This document shows, piece by piece, positions 47,018 through 55,796 of a stretch of DNA of 62,566 bases. The stretch is taken from positions 1-62,566 of the forward strand of contig DAIQBH010000006.1 of assembly GCA_036781285.1 (NCBI GenBank), written 5' to 3'. Numbering within the stretch: the stretch's first letter is position 1; the number at the start of each line of letters is the position of its first letter. A program made the position numbers and the translations under genes. This stretch comes from Thermodesulfobacteriota bacterium (GTDB lineage Bacteria; Desulfobacterota; Binatia; UTPRO1). Below the pieces are notes generated by a model. The model was not told the DNA's origin. It saw only the letters and a program-made list of their open reading frames with translations, and searched no databases.

Positions 47018-50000
47018 ACGAGTTCCCGTTGATCGATCGCGAGACCGAGCTCGCCGAGCTCACCGAGGCGCTCGAGAGCGCCGCGCGCGGCACCGGCCGC
47101 GTGGTGCTGCTCGCCGGCGAGCCCGGTATCGGCAAGACCCGCCTCGCGAGCACGCTCGCCGCGGAAGCCGAGAGCCGCGGCGTTCCCGTGTGGTGGGGTC
47201 GCGGTTGGGAGGACGGCTCGGCGCCCGCGTTCTGGCCGTGGAACAGCGCGCTCCGCCGCTGGATCGAGCGCGTCGACGCGGCCGAGCTCGCGGCCGCCGT
47301 CGGTCCGTTCGGCGCCGAGCTCGCGAACGTGTTCCCGGCCCTTCGCGACCGGTTGCCGGATCTCGCGGCGGGCGACGGCTCCGAGTCGGAGCGCGCGCGC
47401 TTCCGCATCTTCGACCTCGTGAGCCGCTTCCTCGCGGCCGTCGCGAAGCCGGCCGGCCTCGTGATCGTCCTCGACGACCTCCACTGGGCGGACCGTTCGA
47501 CGCTGAAGCTGCTCGAGTTCGTCGCGGCCGACCTTTCGGACGCGCGGCTGCTCGTCGTCGCCACCTATCGCGACACCGAGATCGGTACCGACCATCCGCT
47601 CGCATCGACGCTGTCGAGTCTCGCCCGCGAGTCGTCGACCCGCCGGATCATGCTCGGCGGTCTCTCCCCCGAGCAGTGCGCGCGCTGGCTCGCGTCGACG
47701 GCGCCGAATCGCGACGTCACCGCCCTCGGCGCGGCCCTCCATCAGGAGACCAACGGAAACCCGTTCCTCGTCGGCGAGGTGGCGCACCTCCTCGCCGCGG
47801 AGGAGCGCATCGAGAGCGTGCCGCACGGCGTGCGCGAGGTCGTCGGGCGCCGCCTGGCGCGTCTCGGCTACGACTGCCGCGCGACGCTCGCCGTCGCCGC
47901 CGTGTCGGGTGACGCGATCGATCCCGTGCTCCTCGAGCACGTGCTCGACGGCGTGACGCCGTCGGATCATCTCGCCGCCGCGGTCCGCGACCGCATCCTC
48001 GTCGAGGCCGAAGGCGGGCGGCGGCGCTATCGCTTCGCGCACGCGCTGATCCGCCGGGTGCTCGTGGACGACCTGGCGCCGTCGGTGCGGAGCCAGCTCC
48101 ACGCCCACATCGCGAACGTGATCGAGCGCTACGGCAGCGCGGGAACGATGACGACGGAGATCGTCTACCATCTGGCCGCGGCCGGCACGGACGAGACGCT
48201 GCGGAAGGCATTCGACTACGCGTGTCGCGGCGCCGACCAGGCCGCGCGCGGTCTCGGCTGGGAAGAAGCGGTGCGGCTCTACGGCATTGCGCTCGACGTC
48301 GGTGCCCGCTCGGGTCTCGTCGATGCCGCGCAAGCGGTCGAGCTGGAGCTGGCGCTCGCCCGGGCGCTCCGCGGCGCGGGCGACGTCCCCGCCGCGCGGG
48401 AACGGTGCGAGCGCGTGATGGACGCGTGCCGGCGCGATCCCGATCCGGTGGCGTTCGCGCGCGCGGCGCTCATCTTCGCGGGCCCGCTTCCCGAGTGGGG
48501 CCGCATGGAGCCGACCGTGCGCGCCGTGCTCGAGGAGGCGTGCCTCTCGGCGGCCGCGATCGACGACGCGCTCCGCGCCCGGCTCCTCGCCCGCCTCGCC
48601 GGCGACCTCATCGCGACGAACGCGGTCGAGCAGGGCGAGCGCATCTTCGCGCTCTGCGAGGAGGCCGCGACCGCCGCACGCCGCTCCGGCGCCTCCGGCG
48701 CGCTCGCGATCGCGCTCATGGGTACGCACTACGTGACCCGGCTCGGCATGCGGCCGGCGCGGCCCGGCGAGCGGATGCCGACCTTCGAGGAGATCCTCGC
48801 CGCCGCCGAGGCCGGCGGTGAGCACGAGTACGCGGCCGCCGTCCGCTACTCGCGCGCGATGAACCTGCTCTCGAAGGGCGAGCCGGAAGCGTTCTCGAGC
48901 GAGATCGACGGGCTCGCGACCGCGGCGTCGGCGTCGCGCTCGCCCGACGGGCTCTGGCTCACGGACGCGCTGGCCTCGCTGCGTGCGTGCTTACAAGGCC
49001 GCTTCGCGGCCGCCGAAGAAGCGCGCGAGCGCGCGCTCGCGACCGGGCTCCGCATGCAGCTCGCGAACTCTCTCGGCGTGTACGTGAGCCAGCGCATCAT
49101 GCTGCACGCGCTGAGCGGCCGGCTCGGCGAGATCGCCGGCGAGCTCGAGGTGTTCGTCGACGCGCATCCCTTCGGCGCGCGCTGGCGGCCGTTCCGCGCG
49201 CTCGCGCGGCTCGCGACCGGCAACGCCGTCGACGCGCGGGCCGAATTCGAGAGCATGCTCGCCGCCGGGCTCGAGCCCGCGGAGCGCGGGGTGATGTCGC
49301 GCACGTATCTCGCCGGGCTCACCGCGCTCTGCGTGGCGCTCCGCGACCGCGAGCACGCCGCGACCCTCTACGAGCGCATAGCGCGCCGCGACGACGTGTG
49401 GCAGATGGACGGCGCGCACTCGCTCGGCCCGTGGGCGCTCTTCCTCGGCCCGCTCGCGCGCCTCTGCGGCAAGAACGCGGCCGCCGTCGGCCACTTCGAG
49501 ACCGCCATCCAGCTCGCCCGCCGCATGGGCTCGCCGTTGATCGTCGCGCGCGCGCAGAGCCGGCTCGCGAGCCTCATGCTGTCGCTCGATCCCAACGCGG
49601 CGAAGCGCGAGCGCATCGCGACGATGCTCGCCGAGGCCGGCCGGTGCGCGGCCGAGCTCGGGCTCGCCGACGTGACGGCGCGGGTCGACCGCCTGCGCGC
49701 CAAGCTCACGGCCGCGCCTGCGTCCGCGGCGGGGCAAGACGGCAACGTCTTCCGCCAGGAGGGCGAGGTGTGGACCGTCCGCTACGAAGGCAAGGACGTG
49801 CGCCTGAAGGACGGCAAGGGTCCGCGCTATCTCGCCGCGCTCCTCGCCGCGCCCGGACGCGAGCTGCACGTGCTCCAGTTCGTCGCGACCGATCCGGGAG
49901 CGCGCCGCGTGCTCCACGAGCAAGGACTGACGATCGCGTCCTCGACCTCGAGCGCGCCGAGCGACGACGCGCCCGACGAGCAGGCGCGCCGCGCCTACAA

Positions 50001-50421
50001 GACCCGGCTCGAGGATCTCCGCGCGGAGCTCGAGGAGGCCGAGCAGTTCGCCGACGTCGGCCGCACCGAACGCCTGCGCGAGGAGATCGAGCAGCTCGTG
50101 TCGCAGCTCGCGGGACGCTTCGGCCGGCGCGCGCCGCGCCAGGGTCCCGCCGAGACCGCCCGGAAGGCCGTGACGAAGGTGATCCGGACCCAGATCGGGA
50201 AGCTGTTGGAGATGCACCCAGCGCTCGGCCGCCACCTCGGCGCGACCGTTCGCATGGGCACCGTCTGCGTCTACGCGCCGGCCGAGGCCGTCGCATGGGA
50301 CGTCGGGACGGCGGAGTCGCGGGGCCGGCGCCAGGTCGCGGCGCGCGGCGCGCGCAAGGTGCGCTTCCTCGCCGCGCCGCCGGTCGCGGCGACCGCGCAA
50401 CCGATGCGGGTCACGCGATGA
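47014..50421 (+). CDS. STAND AAA ATPase plus helical repeats plus C-terminal putative DNA-binding domain
   Basis: Walker A GEPGIGKT, Walker B IVLDDLHW, GNPF. The C-terminal domain is shared with 20413..24078. Confidence 0.9.
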   Translation: MNEFPLIDRETELAELTEALESAARGTGRVVLLAGEPGIGKTRLASTLAAEAESRGVPVWWGRGWEDGSAPAFWPWNSALRRWIERVDAAELAAAVGPFGAELANVFPALRDRLPDLAAGDGSESERARFRIFDLVSRFLAAVAKPAGLVIVLDDLHWADRSTLKLLEFVAADLSDARLLVVATYRDTEIGTDHPLASTLSSLARESSTRRIMLGGLSPEQCARWLASTAPNRDVTALGAALHQETNGNPFLVGEVAHLLAAEERIESVPHGVREVVGRRLARLGYDCRATLAVAAVSGDAIDPVLLEHVLDGVTPSDHLAAAVRDRILVEAEGGRRRYRFAHALIRRVLVDDLAPSVRSQLHAHIANVIERYGSAGTMTTEIVYHLAAAGTDETLRKAFDYACRGADQAARGLGWEEAVRLYGIALDVGARSGLVDAAQAVELELALARALRGAGDVPAARERCERVMDACRRDPDPVAFARAALIFAGPLPEWGRMEPTVRAVLEEACLSAAAIDDALRARLLARLAGDLIATNAVEQGERIFALCEEAATAARRSGASGALAIALMGTHYVTRLGMRPARPGERMPTFEEILAAAEAGGEHEYAAAVRYSRAMNLLSKGEPEAFSSEIDGLATAASASRSPDGLWLTDALASLRACLQGRFAAAEEARERALATGLRMQLANSLGVYVSQRIMLHALSGRLGEIAGELEVFVDAHPFGARWRPFRALARLATGNAVDARAEFESMLAAGLEPAERGVMSRTYLAGLTALCVALRDREHAATLYERIARRDDVWQMDGAHSLGPWALFLGPLARLCGKNAAAVGHFETAIQLARRMGSPLIVARAQSRLASLMLSLDPNAAKRERIATMLAEAGRCAAELGLADVTARVDRLRAKLTAAPASAAGQDGNVFRQEGEVWTVRYEGKDVRLKDGKGPRYLAALLAAPGRELHVLQFVATDPGARRVLHEQGLTIASSTSSAPSDDAPDEQARRAYKTRLEDLRAELEEAEQFADVGRTERLREEIEQLVSQLAGRFGRRAPRQGPAETARKAVTKVIRTQIGKLLEMHPALGRHLGATVRMGTVCVYAPAEAVAWDVGTAESRGRRQVAARGARKVRFLAAPPVAATAQPMRVTR

Positions 50422-50454
50422 GGTGATTCTCCGACGACGGATCGAGGCGACCGG

Positions 50455-52488
50455 TCAGGAAGCGGAGGACGGGCTGCGGAACTGCGCCGCGCCCTCGATG
50501 CGCTCCGTCAGCGCCGCGCGCCCCGTGCTCGGGACGTCGCTCGGGAACTTCGCGTCGCTCCGCCGCCATTGCTCGAGCCACTCGGGGCCGAGCAGCACAC
50601 GGCCGCGTGCCGCGGCGTGCGCGACGGCGGCCGGTGTCATCGCGAGCGTCGTCTCCGGGCGCCGGCCGGTCGGGGCGCCGCGCGCGATCACGAAGCCCGC
50701 GCCGAGCATCGCAGTGCGGACGACGGTCGCCGCGGAGTAGGTGAAGAGCTCGGTGTCGTGCGCGGCGCATTCCGCGAACACGGCCTCGAAGCATTCGAGC
50801 GTCCACATCGGTGTATCGGTCTTCTTCGAGAACGGATCCCAGAAGATGCAGTCCGGCGTCGGCGCTTGCGAGAGATGCTGGCGGAAGTCGCCCTCGAAGA
50901 GCGTCCAGACGATCGGCAGCACGTCCGAGCGCCATTCGGCGAAGCGCAGCACCTGGCTCGGTGCGGGATGGTGCAGGTGCGGGAACTTCACCGCATGGCG
51001 GAGCGCGAGCCGCAGCGAGGCGACGTCGTGCTCGAAGCTCACGAGGTGGAGCGGCCGGGCCAGATTCAGCGCGTCGCCTTCGGCCGCTCGCAGCGCGGCC
51101 ATCGCATTGTGCGCGGCGCCCATGCCGACGTCCCACACGACGTACGGGGTCGCGCTCGGCTCGGCCAGCCGGTGCAGCAACCTCGACTGCTCGACGTAGA
51201 GCGCGTTCGCCTCGATCGTCGGATCGATCCCGCCGTGCATCATCTCGCCCGAGGCGCGGTGCATGATGCTGGCGTGGCCTTCCGGGGAATCGTGGATCCG
51301 GAAGCGTTCGAGCGCGCTTTCGTTCCGGCGTTTGCGCCGGCGCGGGGTCGGGATCGATGGATTGTCGTCGTCGCCGCGGGCCAGGATCAGCCGTTGGTCG
51401 TCGCGGAACGCCGCGAAGGTGTCGGCGAGGATGTGGGCGCGCATGCGGCGCATGAGGCCGCAGTAGAAGTGGACGTTGTGCTTCGCGAGCAGCTGCCAGC
51501 CGAGCGCCTCGCTCGTCTTGATGAGGTGGTGGACGTACGCCCGCGAGTAGTCGCTGCACGTCGGGCAGCCGCACTCGGCGTCGACGGGATCCTCGGAAAG
51601 CTTGTAGACGCCGCGATAGAGATTCAGCCGTCCGGTCGACGTGAACGCGACGCCCTGCCGCGCCAGCACGGACGGAATGGTGCAGTCGAACATGTCGACA
51701 CCGCGCTCGACGGCTTCGAGGAGGTCGAGCGGCGTGCCGACGCCCATGAGGTAGCGGGGTAGGTCGCGCGGTAGAAGGGCTGCGGCGAATGCGGTGAAGC
51801 GCTCGCGGTCCGCTTTGCTCTCGCCGACGGCGAGCCCGCCGATCGCGAATCCGTCGAAGGGCAGGCGACGCATGTGCTCCGCGCTCTCCGCGCGGAGATC
51901 CTCGAAGCACGCGCCCTGCACGATCCCGAAGAGCGCCGATGCCGCGTCGCCCCGTGCCGCGAGGCTGCGCTCGGCCCAGCGATGCGTGCGGTGCATCGCC
52001 GCAGCGGCGACCTCGTGGTCGGACGTCGACGGCACGCACACGTCCATCGCCATCATGATGTCGCTGCCGATCGCGAGCTGGGTCGCGATGCTGCGCTCCG
52101 GGCTCAGCAGCACGCGCGCGCCGTCGACGTAGCTCCGGAAGACCGCGCCCTCTTCGGTGATCGTGCGGTCGTTGGGCAGCGAGAACACCTGATACCCGCC
52201 GGAATCCGTCAGCACCGACCGCCGCCAGTTCATGAACCGATGGATGCCCCCGAAACGCGCGAACACCTCGGGCCCAGGCCGCAGCAGCAAGTGGTACGCG
52301 TTCGCGAGCAACACGTGCGCGCCCCCCGCCTCGAGATCCTCGACGGTGAGCCCCTTGACGGTCGCCTGCGTCCCAACGGGCATGAAGAGCGGCGTCTCGA
52401 CCTCGCCATGCAATGTCCGGAAGGTACAGGCACGCGCCGACGACCTCGACGCGGTCCCGTCGACACGAAAATGCAGCCGCGAAGTCAT
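50455..52488 (-). CDS. tgt: tRNA-guanine transglycosylase fused to an MnmD/MnmC-like methyltransferase domain
   Basis: TPLFMPVGT, TDSGGYQ, MDVC, GIVQG, GGLAVGE, YLMGVG, DMFDC, CGCPTC..H. C-terminal DVGMGAAHN, WDPFS...MWT, TYSAA. Confidence 0.93.
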   Translation of the reverse strand: MTSRLHFRVDGTASRSSARACTFRTLHGEVETPLFMPVGTQATVKGLTVEDLEAGGAHVLLANAYHLLLRPGPEVFARFGGIHRFMNWRRSVLTDSGGYQVFSLPNDRTITEEGAVFRSYVDGARVLLSPERSIATQLAIGSDIMMAMDVCVPSTSDHEVAAAAMHRTHRWAERSLAARGDAASALFGIVQGACFEDLRAESAEHMRRLPFDGFAIGGLAVGESKADRERFTAFAAALLPRDLPRYLMGVGTPLDLLEAVERGVDMFDCTIPSVLARQGVAFTSTGRLNLYRGVYKLSEDPVDAECGCPTCSDYSRAYVHHLIKTSEALGWQLLAKHNVHFYCGLMRRMRAHILADTFAAFRDDQRLILARGDDDNPSIPTPRRRKRRNESALERFRIHDSPEGHASIMHRASGEMMHGGIDPTIEANALYVEQSRLLHRLAEPSATPYVVWDVGMGAAHNAMAALRAAEGDALNLARPLHLVSFEHDVASLRLALRHAVKFPHLHHPAPSQVLRFAEWRSDVLPIVWTLFEGDFRQHLSQAPTPDCIFWDPFSKKTDTPMWTLECFEAVFAECAAHDTELFTYSAATVVRTAMLGAGFVIARGAPTGRRPETTLAMTPAAVAHAAARGRVLLGPEWLEQWRRSDAKFPSDVPSTGRAALTERIEGAAQFRSPSSAS

Positions 52489-52543
52489 GAATAGGGAGGC
52501 TCTCTCACGTCACGCCCAACAGAGCCAGCTGCGGAATCTTTTT

Positions 52544-52630
52544 GAGCGAGGAGCGCGGATTGACTCCGCGCTCCGAGGGCCATCGGAGCATTTCGGGCGC
52601 GAAGCGCTCGAAAGCGCACGGGGCCGAAAT
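52544..52630 (+). repeat. Structured dispersed repeat, copy A (REP/BIME-like or ncRNA)
   Basis: Aligns with the reverse complement of 56367-56454. Three hairpins; 20-bp exact tail AAAGCGCACGGGGCCGAAAT. Confidence 0.85.
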
Positions 52631-52814
52631 GAAAAGGTCCGGGGCACCGACGCGTTCTCCACAAACGCGCCGGTGCTCCTCTCCGCGCCGAACCCATTCC
52701 CGCGCTGCGCTCCACTTCGCGCGCGGGGCGGCGGGATCTCGAAGTGACGGGATCGTGTCTAAACAAGAGTTGTTTGCTTGTCAAGCAACTTCCGATTGGG
52801 GTAGGTTCGCCGCA

Positions 52815-53609
52815 ATGCAACGGCGGAGCAATGCCCCCAAGGGCATCAAGGATCTCTTCTACGAGACCCGTGTGCTCAGCGGTCGCGAATACACCGTCAC
52901 GCGCTTCGCCAAGGAGGTTCTGGGCGGCGCGGTCGACCCGGTGATGCTCGGCTACATCGAGAAGGGAAAGCGCTTTCCGAACGAGGCTTTGGTCCGTCGG
53001 TTGGCGAAGATCCGCGAGGAGCCCGTCGCGCCGCTGCTCGCGGTGCTCTACCGCGATCGCATGCTGTATGCCTTCGGGCGTGAGCTCCGCCGCGCGCTCC
53101 ACGACCCCGCGCAGGTCGAAGGCATCGAGGACGCCGATCTCGCCGTGCAGGTGAGCCGCGCGATCGCGGCGCTCCCCGACGACGGCGAGTGGATCACCAC
53201 CGCGAAGTGGCGCGGCGCGATCGGCGTCGCGGTGCGCGCCGATGCGAAAGACGACGACGTCAAACGCGTCACGGATCTCTTGAAGGAACGCGGGCTCGTC
53301 GAGCAGTCGAAGGGCAAAGTGCGCCGCGTCTCGCGCCATTTCGTCGCCACGACGCTCGAAGAACGGCGCGCGCTGGCGATGGAGTTCACCGCGATCTACA
53401 CCAAGGCGTTGCTCGACAAAGTGAGCTTGCCGGAACGCGCGGCGGCGACGCATCTCCGCAACCACTACTTGCACATCGAGCGTGAACGGCTTCCCGAGTT
53501 CTACCAAAAGCTCGAGAAGGCGGCTCGGGCGCTGGCCGAGGAGTTCGCGGCCGACGCCGGAGCCAGTACGGAGTTCCTGAACGTCCTCGTCGTGGGAACG
53601 CCGGTTTGA
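52815..53609 (+). CDS. Putative transcriptional regulator: XRE-like HTH plus uncharacterised C-terminal domain
   Basis: MLGYIEKGKRFPNEALVRRLA resembles the XRE recognition helix. Start inferred at MQRRSN. Confidence 0.6.
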   Translation: MQRRSNAPKGIKDLFYETRVLSGREYTVTRFAKEVLGGAVDPVMLGYIEKGKRFPNEALVRRLAKIREEPVAPLLAVLYRDRMLYAFGRELRRALHDPAQVEGIEDADLAVQVSRAIAALPDDGEWITTAKWRGAIGVAVRADAKDDDVKRVTDLLKERGLVEQSKGKVRRVSRHFVATTLEERRALAMEFTAIYTKALLDKVSLPERAAATHLRNHYLHIERERLPEFYQKLEKAARALAEEFAADAGASTEFLNVLVVGTPV

Positions 53610-53619
53610 CGGAGTGAGG

Positions 53620-54240
53620 ATGCCGATCGACATGCGACGACTTGGAACGGGACTGCTTGCCGCGAGCGTGCTCGCCGCGATGCTGGTCGGCCTCGCCGGC
53701 TGCGGCGGCAGTGGCTCGAGCGGCTTCGATGCCGTTGCCAGCGAAGCGAGCATCCTCCAGCACGTCATCGACTCCGGCGATTGCGCGAAGTTCGGCGCCC
53801 AGACGTTCTGCGCGTCGGGCGTCGAGGCGCCCGTACGGCCCTTCGAGGGCGCGCTCGTGAAGATCCAGCAGCCGGTCGACACGCCGCTCGTTTGCACGGG
53901 CAGCCAGTTCGCGGAGCAGTGCACGGCGCCGCTGGCGTTCACCACCGAGGGTTTCAACGAGCCGAGCAGTCTCCTCGCCGCCGTCAGCGAAACCGAAGCG
54001 GGTCCGTGGACCCTCGCCGCCGTCGAGGTCACCGAGGGCGTCGACGGCGGTCCGCGCACCGTCTCGATCGCGGTGCCCGGGGACACCAGCGATCGCGGAC
54101 CGGCGCCGCTGATCGCCGCGGTCCTCGTCTACCAGGGCACGCCGCCCGAGAACTTGCCGATCGTGAGCGGGCAGCTCTCCGACTTCCAGGTCGATCTCGT
54201 CTACGTGAGCCAGCGGCTCGAGATCGTCGTCCCGCGCTGA
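53620..54240 (+). CDS. Hypothetical lipoprotein
   Basis: Lipobox LAGC after a hydrophobic stretch, then a GGSGSSG linker. Confidence 0.75.
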   Translation: MPIDMRRLGTGLLAASVLAAMLVGLAGCGGSGSSGFDAVASEASILQHVIDSGDCAKFGAQTFCASGVEAPVRPFEGALVKIQQPVDTPLVCTGSQFAEQCTAPLAFTTEGFNEPSSLLAAVSETEAGPWTLAAVEVTEGVDGGPRTVSIAVPGDTSDRGPAPLIAAVLVYQGTPPENLPIVSGQLSDFQVDLVYVSQRLEIVVPR

Positions 54241-54265
54241 TCGCGGCTCGCCATGCAACGCGCGG

Positions 54266-54700
54266 TTACTTCGCCCAGCCCTCGCGGAGCGGCGCGAAGA
54301 AGCGGAGCGTGATCTTGCGAGTCTGGAAACGCCAGCCGTCCGCGGTGCGGACGTAGCGGTCGTCGTACCAGCCGGCGCCGATCATGCTCTCGCCGTTCAC
54401 CTCGGCGCGCAGATCGATGTAGCACGCGCCGGTCGCCGTATCGCCATCGAGATCGACGACGTGCTGTTGGATGAAGGGCAGGAACGTCGAGCCCGCCGTC
54501 AGCATCTCGCGGAAGCCCGCGAGCAGCGCCGCGCGCCCGACGATCGGCGGGCGCGTCCCCGGATCCATCGAGCCGTCCTCGGCGAACAGATCGGCGAGGG
54601 CTTCGAGATCGTTCTGCCAGACGTAGTGCGCGTAGCGGCGGGCGAGATCGCGGATCGCTTCGAGGTCGGCGAGATCGCGGAGCGTACGGTCGGCGCTCAT
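54266..54700 (-). CDS. NTF2/SnoaL-like family protein
   Basis: DLEAIRDLARRYA..V, LFAEDG, GRAAL, GWYDDRYVRTADGWRF. Confidence 0.87.
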   Translation of the reverse strand: MSADRTLRDLADLEAIRDLARRYAHYVWQNDLEALADLFAEDGSMDPGTRPPIVGRAALLAGFREMLTAGSTFLPFIQQHVVDLDGDTATGACYIDLRAEVNGESMIGAGWYDDRYVRTADGWRFQTRKITLRFFAPLREGWAK

Positions 54701-55698
54701 TCGGCGAGATGATCGAGGTATTCCGAGAGGCCGTAGCCGACGCGATCGCCCCAACGCCACTCGGTCATGCCCTCGGCGATGCGCGTCACCTTGCCGTCGC
54801 GGCGGTTGCGGAGCGGGATCATCGCGAGGACCTTGCCGCTGATCTCGTGGACCGCGCCGTCCTTGGTCGTCGCGCGGACGCGAATGCGATCGTGGAGCTG
54901 CTGCTCGCCGACGAAGTCGGTGTCGACCTCGGTCTTCACGATCGCCGCGTTCGGCTGACCTTTCCGGTAGACGTAACCCGCCTGGATCTGCCGGCCGTCG
55001 CGCTGCACGACGAGGCTCGGGCATGCGCCGAGGTCGTCGCCGAAGCTCATCGTGAGCCAGCGGTAGTATTTCGGCGCTTGCCAGTAGCGCGGGCCCCAGG
55101 AGTGATCGCGGAGCCCCGGAGCGTTCAGCTCGTATCGTTGTCCGTCCACCACCAGTGTGCCGACGGCTTTGCCGTGCTGCTCGAGATGGCCCTTCGCGAA
55201 CTCCTGACCGGATTTCTCGACGCGCGCGCTCACCCAGCGGTCGCCGTCGCGCCGGCGCGGCTCGCCGCCGTAGCCTGGTGAGAGTCCGAGGTACGCGACG
55301 TCGAGCTCGACGGACACGAACGGGTTGCTCGCGAAGGCGGCCTTGGGATCGGCCATTTCGAGCGGGTCCGCCAGCATGCACGCATGGCCGCGATAGGTGA
55401 CGCGGTGCTCGACGAAGGGCGTCTTCACCTCGAAGCGGAGGCCGCCGGCGTCGTGCGCGTCGTTCGAGGCGATCTCGGGCCGCTTGTACATGAACGCGAC
55501 GCGTCCGTCGGGCAGGTAGAAGCACGTCGTCATCTCGCCCTTGCCCTCGTTCGGCCGGTTGCCGAGCCGCACGAACCCCCCGACGCGCAGCTTCGGGTCG
55601 AAGAAGTTGTAGTACGCGCTCTCGTTGAAGTTCTCCTCGCCCGTGTTCTCGTGCATCAGATCGTCGGTCGGGAGGAGGACGAGCTCGGCGTCGGCCAT
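54697..55698 (-). CDS. Conserved hypothetical protein (possible tocopherol-cyclase/lipocalin-like fold)
   Basis: NESAYYNFFD, RLGNRPNEG, RDHSWGPRYW. GGGAG RBS. The fold assignment is a guess. Confidence 0.6.
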   Translation of the reverse strand: MADAELVLLPTDDLMHENTGEENFNESAYYNFFDPKLRVGGFVRLGNRPNEGKGEMTTCFYLPDGRVAFMYKRPEIASNDAHDAGGLRFEVKTPFVEHRVTYRGHACMLADPLEMADPKAAFASNPFVSVELDVAYLGLSPGYGGEPRRRDGDRWVSARVEKSGQEFAKGHLEQHGKAVGTLVVDGQRYELNAPGLRDHSWGPRYWQAPKYYRWLTMSFGDDLGACPSLVVQRDGRQIQAGYVYRKGQPNAAIVKTEVDTDFVGEQQLHDRIRVRATTKDGAVHEISGKVLAMIPLRNRRDGKVTRIAEGMTEWRWGDRVGYGLSEYLDHLAE

Positions 55699-55796
55699 GG
55701 CGCACTCCCTACGCGATCCGCTCGCGGCGACGCAACCGTCCAGCTCACGGCGCCGGCTCGCTTTGGCTCGCCCGGCGCCCATGGTAAGGCCGGCGG

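Noticed and set aside
2649-52488. folE plus tgt as a queuosine or 7-deazaguanine DNA-modification cluster
   Set aside because: They are about 47 kb apart, no queC/D/E/F or dpd genes are present, and the TGT has canonical tRNA-type motifs.
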